In this document: positions 7,012-15,797 of the stretch, one piece after another
How positions within the stretch are numbered: position 1 is the stretch's first letter
Layout: the number at the start of each line of letters is the position of its first letter
Virus genome (UHGV): UHGV-1333851
Source of the DNA: a virus
Reading direction: 5' to 3' (one strand)
DNA: 18,488 nt
The notes under the pieces: generated by a model
The model's input: the letters and a program-made list of their open reading frames with translations, nothing else
Told to the model about the DNA's origin: nothing
The model's database searches: none
Translations under genes and position numbers: made by a program

Positions 7012-8931
7012 ATGGAACAGTTCAATATCAATAAAGGGGTGACGATCAAGCCTGGGCTTGACGTGCTTCCCCCGCCAGTGACTGATGATGAATATCGCGC
7101 ATTAATGGCCGGTGAGGACCGCTATCTGATGACGGAATCCAACACCCTGGAGGAAATCGAGGCTACGTTCTTCTATGACACGCCGATCCACTGGTGTGCT
7201 ACGGATTTACTGGAGGCGATTAGTTCTACTCGTTTGCAGTTACACCGGACCATGCAGGCATTTGTCCGGGCATTGAACCAGAAGCTGAATGGTACCGGAA
7301 TCTCTGCGGGGAGTGATAAAACGGGGGATGTGGCCCAGAGCGGCGCGCGCGCGATCGGCGGCGCTGAAATTGGTCGGGCACGTAACGTTAACGGGCTGCC
7401 GGTCCTGCCAGCCATTATTCCGCTCAGTGATGGTCAGACTATCAGCATTTTGTTTCATAGCCCGACAGCGGAAAACCGGATCACCAATAGCGATACGCTG
7501 GTTGCTTTCCAGTTCTTACTGAATAAAAAAGACGTTACTCACACCGTTGCTCCGATGAGTGGACGTGATATGACGCTGGCGCAGGTCACCATGAAACTTG
7601 CCAACCTTGCAGAGAAAAACTCGGCAAAATTCCAGCGTGCGCAGAAGAAGAAAAAAGCCCTGGTTGATGAAATAACCCAACTACAGGCTGACAGTGACCA
7701 GAAAGAGGATGCCATGAGCGACCTCGCGGATCAGGTGGCAGCGGTAGAAGGCCAGAAGGCAGATCTGGAGCAGAAAATTAACGCGGTTGCTTCGGAAGCG
7801 GATTCTCTTTATCAAGAAAATGAGCGTTTGCAGGCGGAGATTGATCAGCTCAATCGCACTGGTGGGCGCGATACCATTGCTCCAGCGGGGATGACTGGTG
7901 GGCACTCTCGCGCGCTGACGGATCGCCTTGCCAGTATCAAAAATCGTATGCATATGGACGGGGAAGCGACGCTCAGTAATGGTGCATCAATGAAGCAATT
8001 CATTGGGGATGGCGAAGGGTATATCCAGTTAACCGATCCGGATGGCAGCGTATACATGATCAAGGCTAAATCCATACAGGGTGTGGACATGGCAGAAGCG
8101 ATCGGCAAGCTGTTTAAAGCCTATAAAGCGGGTAATGTATCGGAATATCTGGTCCAACCAGAAGAACATAAACCGGAAAACGTCGAACCTGAACCAGCGG
8201 AGGATACCGGTAGCTCTTCGCCTGAACCAGAAGTCTCTGTAGGTGCATATCGATATGCCCTGCAAATGCGTCCGGCGGCCCCTGGCGCAATACCTGAAGG
8301 TAACAAAGCGATTCTGCCGCGCCCTGATGAAGGTGACCCGTATTATGAATATGCACGCTACGGCATTGCTACTTACGATACCCCGCTTTCTGATCAGCAA
8401 ATGAGTGAGTACGACCTGAAGTTATTGCCTCGCGAGGATTCTTTCGACTTCCTGGCGAAGACACTTACTAATGGTCCGTTTGGCAAATATGCACAAAAAG
8501 CTCTGGAGCTGGCCACCAGCTCACCAGACGAGTTCCGCGTAATGCTGAAAACTCAGTTTCAAAAAACTTTCCCCAATATTGCGTTTCCTGGGGGCACTGG
8601 CACCGAGAAAATGGTGCAGAGCATGATCAATGCATTGCAGGCCGAAGTCGGTGAGATTACTCAGCCAGAACCGGCCCCGGCACAGCCTGATGAAACGGTT
8701 AGCGAAGCAGATGCAGAGGCTAATAAAGCCATTGAATATCTCAATAACGTGATGGATATGCAAAGCACTGACATGGCGGAGATCCGTAACGCCCGGGGTA
8801 ATGTCCGGGAAGCTATTGCAGCCCTTCAGGCTGCCGGGCGTTTTGAGGAAAACGAAGAGCTGGTTAATGGCGCAGCTCGCCACCTGGCTGATCTGCTGGT
8901 AGCAATCCAGAAAGCGGGGGTAGCGGCATGA
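7012..8931 (+). CDS. darA: DarA-like head-internal antirestriction / head morphogenesis protein
   Basis: 639 aa with an internal coiled-coil segment (QLQADSDQKEDAMSDLADQVAAVEGQKADLEQKINAV…). Paralogous to the preceding Hdf-like gene. Size and operon position match P1 DarA by recollection; not verified. Confidence 0.55.
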   Translation: MEQFNINKGVTIKPGLDVLPPPVTDDEYRALMAGEDRYLMTESNTLEEIEATFFYDTPIHWCATDLLEAISSTRLQLHRTMQAFVRALNQKLNGTGISAGSDKTGDVAQSGARAIGGAEIGRARNVNGLPVLPAIIPLSDGQTISILFHSPTAENRITNSDTLVAFQFLLNKKDVTHTVAPMSGRDMTLAQVTMKLANLAEKNSAKFQRAQKKKKALVDEITQLQADSDQKEDAMSDLADQVAAVEGQKADLEQKINAVASEADSLYQENERLQAEIDQLNRTGGRDTIAPAGMTGGHSRALTDRLASIKNRMHMDGEATLSNGASMKQFIGDGEGYIQLTDPDGSVYMIKAKSIQGVDMAEAIGKLFKAYKAGNVSEYLVQPEEHKPENVEPEPAEDTGSSSPEPEVSVGAYRYALQMRPAAPGAIPEGNKAILPRPDEGDPYYEYARYGIATYDTPLSDQQMSEYDLKLLPREDSFDFLAKTLTNGPFGKYAQKALELATSSPDEFRVMLKTQFQKTFPNIAFPGGTGTEKMVQSMINALQAEVGEITQPEPAPAQPDETVSEADAEANKAIEYLNNVMDMQSTDMAEIRNARGNVREAIAALQAAGRFEENEELVNGAARHLADLLVAIQKAGVAA

Positions 8932-9293
8932 CACTATCAGCTATTGAGTTAATGGACCTCAGCGATAAGTTGGATGCTCTGATGTCCAAAGCGGCTACCG
9001 CGAGTGGCATGGAGTTGCTGGATATCAGCGATGAAATTGACCAGATCATGCAACAGATGGGGTACGGCGCGTCTGGCGGCGGTAGTGGCGAGGAGAAACA
9101 ACCTTCGGAACATGATGGTGTGCCAAAACTGGTTGCTGATTTCCTGGCTGATAAATTCGTCGATCAGAGCACTGATGCATTTATCGGTACGTTACAGGAC
9201 TTGAGTCAATATGTTGGCACATACATCGACCTGGACCAGGTTAAACAGCACACGGCGGCATGGATAGCCGCCAACATTAAAGAGGCAGCATAA
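8928..9293 (+). CDS. ddrA: DdrA-like small acidic protein
   Basis: 121 aa. ATGA overlap with the darA-like stop. Positional analog of P1 ddrA. Confidence 0.4.
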   Translation: MTLSAIELMDLSDKLDALMSKAATASGMELLDISDEIDQIMQQMGYGASGGGSGEEKQPSEHDGVPKLVADFLADKFVDQSTDAFIGTLQDLSQYVGTYIDLDQVKQHTAAWIAANIKEAA

Positions 9294-9305
9294 GGCGTAA
9301 CAGGG

Positions 9306-12293
9306 ATGAGCTTAAGCGATCAGGTGGTAATGGCCACCAGCATAGAAACGCTGATCGAGCTGCTAAAGAACCTGCCCGATTATGGGCGGGTTTCGTATGT
9401 GGTGACAGCGAAGGGAGACGAGGTAAAAACAGCGTTTGATATCGTCGATGCCTCAGCTCTTTTGGTATCCAATACTCTGGATGGGAAAATTAATCCTGAC
9501 TATCCCCAGGAACTTCAACCGCGCGACCGGACCCGCGCATCCAGCCTTCTTCAGGTTAACCAGATATCCAAAGATTTGCGGCCTGCTCAGCTTACCGACT
9601 CCGGTTTATCCAGCCATGGCGCGCCGATAATTGGTGAGGACAATGCCGTTGAGTCAGGTAATGGGCGGACCATGGGGATCATTAAAGCCTATCAGGACGG
9701 TAATGCGGATCGGTATCGGGAGTACCTGATTGAACATGCGACCGAATTCGGCATACGGCCTGAAAAGGTTGAATCAATGACGGCTCCGGTACTGGTGCGC
9801 CGCCGGTTAACGAAGGTTGACCGTGTTCAGTTTGCCAAGGACTCAAATATTTCTGATCTCCAGGAAATGGCAGCCAGTGAAAAGGCTTTTGTTGATGCCG
9901 ACAGCATAACTCCGGCGATGATGGCGCTTTTTAACCCGTCAGAAAGCGGAGATCTGCTTAGCCGCAGTAATGACGCGTTTATTCGCGGATTTATGACGCA
10001 AGTTGGTGCCACACAGGCGGCTGGCCTTGTAACTGAAGATGGGCGACCAACACGGCAACTTGTAGACCGTATACAAAACGCGATCTTTGCCAAGGCATAT
10101 AAGGATGCGCGCCTGGTAAGGATGGTTGCAGAAGAACCTGATCCGGATATGCGTAATGTTCTGACGGCGCTTAATGCGGCAGCCAATGATTTTGTCCAGA
10201 TGCAGGCTTTATCAGGAGAAGCGCACAAGCAGGCTGTGACAACTATTGTTGATGGCATTGAGACAGCGGATAGCCTCGATAAAAAGGCGCTGGCAGCATT
10301 GAAAGATGCGGTAGACCTGGTAAGGCAATCGAAGGAGTCAGGCCAGCATATTACCGATGTTATTGCTCAGGGGGATATGTTCAGCGAAACGGCCCCGGAA
10401 GTGAAAGCACTCGCGTTGTTCATCGTCGCGAATAACCGTAGCGCGAAGCGTATGGCCACCGCCTTTAAGTTGATGGCTCAACGTATCAATGATGAGTTAC
10501 AGCACCAGGGCCAGGCGCTGGGGGATATGTTTGGCGGCGGCGATGTGTCGTTACAGGATATCCTTCGCCAGGTGTCTCAGGAACTGGAAAACGAAGGCAT
10601 GCAAGGGATATCCGGCGGTCTTTTCGAGTCCGTTTCCGGCGGTAGTTACAACGGTGTTGCTCCGTATACCAGTTTGCTATTACATCGGGCATCCGGCATC
10701 AAAGACATTATTCATCTGATCAGGCTGCTTTCCCGCACAGATCCCCAGGATGAACAGCTTGTACAAGTGCTTGCGCATTTTGTTCGAATGCCTGTTGCCG
10801 ACGTGAAAAAATGGTGCCGATTATTCGGTATCAGCAATTCGTTACTTCGCGGCTTGTTAAATCACGCATCCTCCCTTGGGCGCGATGGCTTTGACGAGAT
10901 AGCGCAGGCGATAAAAAACGGAGATATGCCACCAGCTATTGACTGGTTTTCCATTCGCCCAACCAGGGTGAAAGCATTCCTTAGCGCGGCGCATTCGGCA
11001 TCACCATTGGCAGAAATGGTTCAGAGGTTGTCGCTCATATTCACAGACCATAGCGCGTTGGGTGATCTGACTCTGGACGAGATGAAAGAAGCCTCCATTC
11101 AGTGGGCCGATCAACAAAATGAGGTTAACTCAGACTTCTTGCCAGCATTCAGGAAGGCCGTTAGTAAAGTGGATGATGCCCGTGGAATTCTGAAGGCATT
11201 TAAGGCATTGCAAAGTCGGGTTAATAAACATGTCGGTGATATCGATGGGGTAACGGCGGAAGGCAGGGATATCCTTAAAGAGCACGGCATAACGCCAGAG
11301 TTTATTGATGAGATCAGGACGGATATGCAGCGTGAGGTCGTATCGTCCCTGCAAATCGTAGCCAGAGCGTTGGCGGATGCTAATCCGAAGAGTGCGGCCA
11401 TTGTTAACCGGGTTATTGGTGATATTGAAGCATCGGAGGGCATGGGGGCGCTGAAACTCTTCCTTTCGCGAGCGTTTAATCCTAACGGCAATATTCTCCC
11501 CAGCATTATTGGTGAGGCTAAAAAGCATGTCAGTGAAGAAGAACTTGAGCAGCTTAACCAGCTACTCAATCGATTTTCATATATCCCGCAGAAACGCTGG
11601 CAAATGAATCAGCGTAGTATGGATTCGGTCTACGAGAAAGTGTTATCTGCCATGAACAGTGCGATCGCCAACTCATCCGTATCAGAAGAAAAAGCTCTTG
11701 AGTGGGCCGACTCTTTTATCACGGAAGAAGTGGAAGAAGCCCGCGCTGGACAGAATGGTGGAATAGACCTGCGCAAGGAACTTGCTGATATTTATCGCCT
11801 GACCGGCGGGAAAATATCAACCTTATCAAGGGTAATTCACCACAAGGGTAGGGCGTATGCAAATCTTAATGGTGTTGTTGCTGTCGATTTGCACGATGAA
11901 AATGCAAATGCACTGTGGCACGAGCTGGGTCATCATCTTGAGTACAGTAACCCGGGTTTGTTAGAGAAAGCCAGGTCATTCCTGAAGGCCAATGTTGAAG
12001 GGGATAAGCCATCTTTCGTTAATATTGGTGGGCGTGGCAAGCCTGAATGGTGCTTCAGATCTCGATTGAGTGATATTTATATGGCGAAGGTATACCCGCC
12101 TGTCTCAGTGAGTAATTCTGGTAAATTTCGACACAAATCTCCGACAATTTCCAAAACGTCAGCAACGGAAGTATTCTCTATGGCTCTTCAGTTGTATCAT
12201 GACAAAGAGGCCGCTGCCGCATCACTGATGAATGGTGACGGATTGCTGGAACTGTTATTAGGTGTGGCAAAGGAGCTAAATAATGCAGATTAA
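9306..12293 (+). CDS. ddrB: DdrB-like large virion-associated multidomain protein with a zincin HExxH motif
   Basis: 995 aa. HExxH motif near the C-terminus (ALWHELGHHLEYSNPG). N-terminal region has a possible ParB/Srx-like signature (ESGNGRTMG), unverified. Last large gene of the Dar-like operon. Confidence 0.5.
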   Translation: MSLSDQVVMATSIETLIELLKNLPDYGRVSYVVTAKGDEVKTAFDIVDASALLVSNTLDGKINPDYPQELQPRDRTRASSLLQVNQISKDLRPAQLTDSGLSSHGAPIIGEDNAVESGNGRTMGIIKAYQDGNADRYREYLIEHATEFGIRPEKVESMTAPVLVRRRLTKVDRVQFAKDSNISDLQEMAASEKAFVDADSITPAMMALFNPSESGDLLSRSNDAFIRGFMTQVGATQAAGLVTEDGRPTRQLVDRIQNAIFAKAYKDARLVRMVAEEPDPDMRNVLTALNAAANDFVQMQALSGEAHKQAVTTIVDGIETADSLDKKALAALKDAVDLVRQSKESGQHITDVIAQGDMFSETAPEVKALALFIVANNRSAKRMATAFKLMAQRINDELQHQGQALGDMFGGGDVSLQDILRQVSQELENEGMQGISGGLFESVSGGSYNGVAPYTSLLLHRASGIKDIIHLIRLLSRTDPQDEQLVQVLAHFVRMPVADVKKWCRLFGISNSLLRGLLNHASSLGRDGFDEIAQAIKNGDMPPAIDWFSIRPTRVKAFLSAAHSASPLAEMVQRLSLIFTDHSALGDLTLDEMKEASIQWADQQNEVNSDFLPAFRKAVSKVDDARGILKAFKALQSRVNKHVGDIDGVTAEGRDILKEHGITPEFIDEIRTDMQREVVSSLQIVARALADANPKSAAIVNRVIGDIEASEGMGALKLFLSRAFNPNGNILPSIIGEAKKHVSEEELEQLNQLLNRFSYIPQKRWQMNQRSMDSVYEKVLSAMNSAIANSSVSEEKALEWADSFITEEVEEARAGQNGGIDLRKELADIYRLTGGKISTLSRVIHHKGRAYANLNGVVAVDLHDENANALWHELGHHLEYSNPGLLEKARSFLKANVEGDKPSFVNIGGRGKPEWCFRSRLSDIYMAKVYPPVSVSNSGKFRHKSPTISKTSATEVFSMALQLYHDKEAAAASLMNGDGLLELLLGVAKELNNAD

Positions 12294-12594
12294 AATCGCA
12301 GCGCCATTAGGCGGAGATGCCATTATCGAATTTGATGATAATGAAGAAGTTTCCGGGCGTTTAAGCATTATCTCCGGTGACATTACCGAGGACATGATCG
12401 CTGAAGCCATAGCTGGGGCAAATCCCAATAGCTATATGGGATTCGTTAACACCCTTGATGCTCCCGCAAGTGATGTTCTCCGAACGCTGCATCTTTACGC
12501 TGGCTGGTTTGTTGATTGGCCAGTAGTAGATGGTGGCGATGAGGACGACGACGACGATGATTTTGGTGATCATGTAGACCAGATCGTATATTGA
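12283..12594 (+). CDS. Small highly acidic protein with a poly-Asp tract
   Basis: 103 aa. Start overlaps the ddrB-like stop (ATGCAGATTAA). C-terminal DGGDEDDDDDDFGDHVDQIVY. Followed directly by a strong terminator. Confidence 0.5.
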   Translation: MQIKIAAPLGGDAIIEFDDNEEVSGRLSIISGDITEDMIAEAIAGANPNSYMGFVNTLDAPASDVLRTLHLYAGWFVDWPVVDGGDEDDDDDDFGDHVDQIVY

Positions 12595-12596
12595 AG

Positions 12597-12628
12597 AAAT
12601 CCCGCCAATCGGCGGGATTTTTTTTAAT
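12597..12628. terminator. Rho-independent terminator, bidirectional between convergent operons
   Basis: AAATCCCGCC-AATC-GGCGGGATTT, a perfect 10-bp stem, followed by a T run. Sits between the plus-strand stop at 12594 and the minus-strand stop at 12624. Confidence 0.75.
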
Positions 12629-13412
12629 CGCTTTCCACTTCTTCCGTGGTGTTTTCTTGCAGTTCTGTTAATGCAGCACGACATAGGTTCCGGGCATTGG
12701 CTATAGCCACACTTTTGACTTCATCCGTCATCGTGCAGGTAATGTACTGATCGAGTTCTTCAGCGCGGATGATGCTTTTGCCAATCAGAAACTGTATTTG
12801 CCAGAGCAGATCGGCATCCATAATCAGAATTTCTGCCGGGCCTTCAGGGCCAGCCGGGAAGGAAACATAAGACTGTTTGCCCAGGCCGATAACTCGACAA
12901 CTTGCTTCAAGAATTGCGCGCTTGAGGTCTGACTTTGTAACGGAAACAGGTTGGTTTTCACCAGTGATTATGCCGTTGACATGGAAGTGGAAGGGCATGT
13001 AGCTTGAAATACGCTCTACTTTCCACACGCCAGCAAGCGATCCTTCATGCAGCACAATGGGGGTAACCGCGAGTTTCATCTCACCATATAACTGCTGGCA
13101 GATAGCTGGATTGCTGAATACATCCAAAGGTTCACACTCAAACAGCGGCGCAATCTGCATGAGGTCCATCATGGTCATACCAGGGGTACGAGCAGTAATG
13201 AATCTGCGCATGCCAGTATCCATTGTGCGCCAGATAGCTACACCATGCTTTTTGCTCACTTCTTCAGTAAAGCCAAGGTGGCACATGATGGTTTTTTCGA
13301 TAGCCAGATCAGAGATCGAAACCTTTTCGCCAGGCACACCATCATTATTGATGGTCACTTCGACACTCTGACCATTACGCAGGCGGTATTGAATTGCTTT
13401 AGTATTTTCCAC
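12624..13412 (-). CDS. Hypothetical protein, function unknown
   Basis: 262 aa. GTG start at 13412 with GGAGTG 8 nt upstream; start lies 7 nt after the stop of the preceding gene. No motif I can assign. Confidence 0.55.
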   Translation of the reverse strand: MENTKAIQYRLRNGQSVEVTINNDGVPGEKVSISDLAIEKTIMCHLGFTEEVSKKHGVAIWRTMDTGMRRFITARTPGMTMMDLMQIAPLFECEPLDVFSNPAICQQLYGEMKLAVTPIVLHEGSLAGVWKVERISSYMPFHFHVNGIITGENQPVSVTKSDLKRAILEASCRVIGLGKQSYVSFPAGPEGPAEILIMDADLLWQIQFLIGKSIIRAEELDQYITCTMTDEVKSVAIANARNLCRAALTELQENTTEEVESD

Positions 13413-13418
13413 GTTAAA

Positions 13419-14096
13419 TCACTCCACTACAAACCAGTCACATGCCAGTAAGTCGCCTACAGAAGGAACCCACGGAACAACTACACCTTGTGCATTTTTT
13501 AAGGCGAAATAAGCACCATACGGAACGAGGTCGCCGGGGAAATATCCCTTAATGGCTTCCATTCGTGCCGGGTACTGTCCTTCAGGAACCAGCCAGCAGA
13601 ATTGGTTTTCGCCGTTCCACCCGCGTCGAGCAACTTTCTTGCCATCCTTCAGCCACATCAGCGCGTCAGAAAAGTCGGCTGCTTCAAGGTCGATTTCTTC
13701 TTGTAGAGTAGCGATACCGCCAGCAGAAATAGTTACGTCCCTGGCTGTAATGAATGTCACCCCATTGTGACCTTCAATGCTGAGCAATGCCCCATTTTCG
13801 AAGAAGTCGTTAGTCCGACTAAAGCCTTCTTCAAATGTTTTTTCTGGTGAATAGGACAGAGATCCGTCCTCATAAGCGACCAGATATCCGCCAATTTCTG
13901 GTCGGTGTTTTTGCAAAAACATTTTATCAACATGGACTTTTACCCCTTCTGGCTCAACGACTTCGATGTTGCAAAGAAGGACCACATCCATTAGGGCGAT
14001 AATTTCGATATCTTTGATTTTTGAGGCACGAACTGTTTTATGGCTTTTGTATTTTGGAAGTGCCGTCAAAAGCTCTTTCGTTGTCATGTTATTCAT
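13419..14096 (-). CDS. Two-domain protein with a C-terminal DUF2829 (Tad2-like) domain
   Basis: Start placed at the ATG at 14096 (AGAGGAAA 5 nt upstream), not the ORF-track GTG at 14264, whose extension is R/K-rich and lacks an RBS. The C-terminal ~85 aa (FSDALMWLKDGKKVARRGWNGENQFCWLVP…PWVPSVGDLLACDWFVVE) match the DUF2829 signature as I remember it. Confidence 0.6.
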   Translation of the reverse strand: MNNMTTKELLTALPKYKSHKTVRASKIKDIEIIALMDVVLLCNIEVVEPEGVKVHVDKMFLQKHRPEIGGYLVAYEDGSLSYSPEKTFEEGFSRTNDFFENGALLSIEGHNGVTFITARDVTISAGGIATLQEEIDLEAADFSDALMWLKDGKKVARRGWNGENQFCWLVPEGQYPARMEAIKGYFPGDLVPYGAYFALKNAQGVVVPWVPSVGDLLACDWFVVE

Positions 14097-14293
14097 AGTC
14101 TTTCCTCTGCTTAAAACCTGATGTATTGCGCCTTCAGGTGGGGCAGGATTGTTTTCCCACCAGCGAAAGCAATATCTCGGGGTGTTCTTTTCGTGAAAAG
14201 CGCGTGCCATTGCCAACTTTGGCGTTTGTTTGCGAGTTCGTGCTTTTGTCGGCGTCTGGACCACCGCTTTTCTTTCAGTCGTTTTTTACACAT

Positions 14294-14782
14294 TCAAAAC
14301 GGAATATCGTCGTCAAAGTCCATTGGAGGCTCGTTATTGGCGTTGCTCTGAGGTTTACCGCCACCACTGTATTGCTGGTGGTTTTGAGGTTGGTTTGATT
14401 GCCCCCAGCCATTTGAGGACTGTGAATCGTCACGGCGAGCGCCGATCATTTGCATGGTGCCGCCCTGGCTGACGATAATTTCCGTCGTGTAACGTTCTAC
14501 ACCGGCGTCATCTGTCCACTTACGGGTTTTAAGTTTCCCTTCGATGTATACCTGAGAACCTTTTCGTAAATACTCACTCGCAATTTCAGCAAGTTTTCCG
14601 AACAAAACGACTTTATGCCATTCTGTTTGCTCTTTCTGTTGGCCCGTTTGCTTGTCGCGCCATGATTCATTCGTTGCGATGCTGAGTCTTCCGACCGCGC
14701 CGCCATTTGGTATATACCTGATCTCCGGGTCTTGCCCCAAGGTACCAATCAGTATGACTTTGTTTACACCGCGTTGTGCCAC
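14294..14782 (-). CDS. ssb: Single-stranded DNA-binding protein
   Basis: 162 aa. Near-identical in organisation to E. coli SSB: OB-fold ([23 protein letters not shown]…[29 protein letters not shown]), Gly/Gln-rich linker and acidic tip [14 protein letters not shown] start with AGGTAAG upstream. Confidence 0.97.
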   Translation of the reverse strand: MAQRGVNKVILIGTLGQDPEIRYIPNGGAVGRLSIATNESWRDKQTGQQKEQTEWHKVVLFGKLAEIASEYLRKGSQVYIEGKLKTRKWTDDAGVERYTTEIIVSQGGTMQMIGARRDDSQSSNGWGQSNQPQNHQQYSGGGKPQSNANNEPPMDFDDDIPF

Positions 14783-14844
14783 TTATCTTACCTAATAAAA
14801 TAAATTAATTAGAGCAATAATGTATATCTTTGAAACGTAGCTAA

Positions 14845-14866
14845 CAAGTGATTTGCATTATCCTGT
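14845..14866 (+). promoter_or_regulatory. Candidate late-type promoter upstream of lyz
   Basis: AGTGATTTGCATTATCCT: a TTTGCAT element abutting TATCCT (TANNNT), about 85 nt upstream of the lyz ATG. Confidence 0.25.
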
Positions 14867-14951
14867 GCCTTCTAAAGGGATCGAGTCAGTCGGTATTGGC
14901 TGTGAATGGGTGTTTGTCCTGGAGCGTAAAAAATTCGCTTATGAGGTCTTT

Positions 14952-15509
14952 ATGAAGGGAAAAACAGCCGCAGGAGGCGGTGCAATTTGCGCTATCGCGG
15001 TGATGATTACCATCGTGATGGGTAATGGCAATGTGCGAACCAACCAGGCGGGGCTTGAGCTTATCGGAAACGCTGAAGGTTGCCGACGTGATCCATACAA
15101 GTGCCCGGCGGGTGTATGGACTGACGGGATTGGTAATACACACGGGGTAACGCCTGGCGTGCGAAAAACCGACCAGCAAATCGCCGCTGATTGGGAAAAG
15201 AATATCCTGATCGCTGAACGCTGTATTAACCAGCACTTCCGGGGCAAAGACATGCCCGATAATGCCTTCAGCGCAATGACAAGCGCGGCATTCAATATGG
15301 GATGCAATAGTTTACGGACCTACTACAGCAAAGCGCGAGGCATGCGAGTCGAAACGTCCATCCATAAGTGGGCGCAGAAAGGGGAATGGGTGAATATGTG
15401 TAACCATCTCCCTGATTTTGTGAACAGTAACGGCGTCCCCCTGCCCGGGTTAAAGATTCGCCGTGAAGAAGAACGCCAGCTTTGCCTGACGGGGCTTGTC
15501 AATGAATAA
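14952..15509 (+). CDS. lyz: SAR-type endolysin (T4-lysozyme family, P1 Lyz / P21 R-like)
   Basis: Start at the ATG at 14952 (GAGG upstream). N-terminal signal-anchor-release-like segment (AAGGGAICAIAVMITIVMG) followed by the lysozyme catalytic region (GLELIGNAEGCRRDPYKCPAGVWTDGIGNTHG). Confidence 0.9.
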   Translation: MKGKTAAGGGAICAIAVMITIVMGNGNVRTNQAGLELIGNAEGCRRDPYKCPAGVWTDGIGNTHGVTPGVRKTDQQIAADWEKNILIAERCINQHFRGKDMPDNAFSAMTSAAFNMGCNSLRTYYSKARGMRVETSIHKWAQKGEWVNMCNHLPDFVNSNGVPLPGLKIRREEERQLCLTGLVNE

Positions 15510-15756
15510 ACTCCGGCAGCTCCGCCGACTTTCGACAATGAAGTTATCGCTGGCGGCGATAGTTTTTGACTCGATTTTCATGGCGGTATATGTGCTCAAT
15601 GAGACGTGGCCACTGGAACCGCTATTATATGCCGGGCTTCGGCTGTGCCTGACATTTTTGAGCATGGCTGCAAGATTGATGCAGCAGAAAGAAACCGCTT
15701 CAGATTGCCCACGTCGCGCGGTGCGCAAATATATGGCACGCAGACGAAGGCGATAA
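15502..15756 (+). CDS. Small membrane protein overlapping the endolysin 3' end (lysis accessory, holin/antiholin-like)
   Basis: ATG at 15502 overlaps the lyz stop (ATGAATAA). Two hydrophobic segments (LSLAAIVFDSIFMAVYVL, LLYAGLRLCLTFLSMAARL) and a basic C-terminus (RRRRR). Confidence 0.4.
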   Translation: MNKLRQLRRLSTMKLSLAAIVFDSIFMAVYVLNETWPLEPLLYAGLRLCLTFLSMAARLMQQKETASDCPRRAVRKYMARRRRR

Positions 15757-15767
15757 TAGTTAACGAT

Positions 15768-15797
15768 AACCCCGGCAGCCGCCGGGGTTATTTTTGG
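15768..15797. terminator. Rho-independent terminator
   Basis: AACCCCGGC-AGCC-GCCGGGGTT stem-loop followed by ATTTTTGG; lies between the convergent gene ends at 15756 and 15801. Confidence 0.65.

Noticed and set aside
9827-11569. Antisense and alternative-frame ORFs inside the ddrB-like gene (9827-10258, 11111-11569, 11130-11528 minus; 9436-9630, 10489-10719 plus)
   Set aside because: They lie entirely within a long, well-supported coding region, have no RBS and give low-complexity translations. I cannot verify a P1-style internal gene here.
14097-14264. N-terminal extension of the DUF2829-gene ORF (ORF-track 13419-14264, 281 aa), and the overlapping 60-aa ORF at 14111-14293
   Set aside because: GTG start without an SD and an arginine/lysine-rich low-complexity translation; the internal ATG at 14096 has a strong SD. 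I treat the region as intergenic.
14853-14951. Longer lyz ORF starting at 14853
   Set aside because: The ATG at 14952 has an SD and gives the SAR-domain N-terminus typical of this endolysin class; the extension would add a non-conserved leader.
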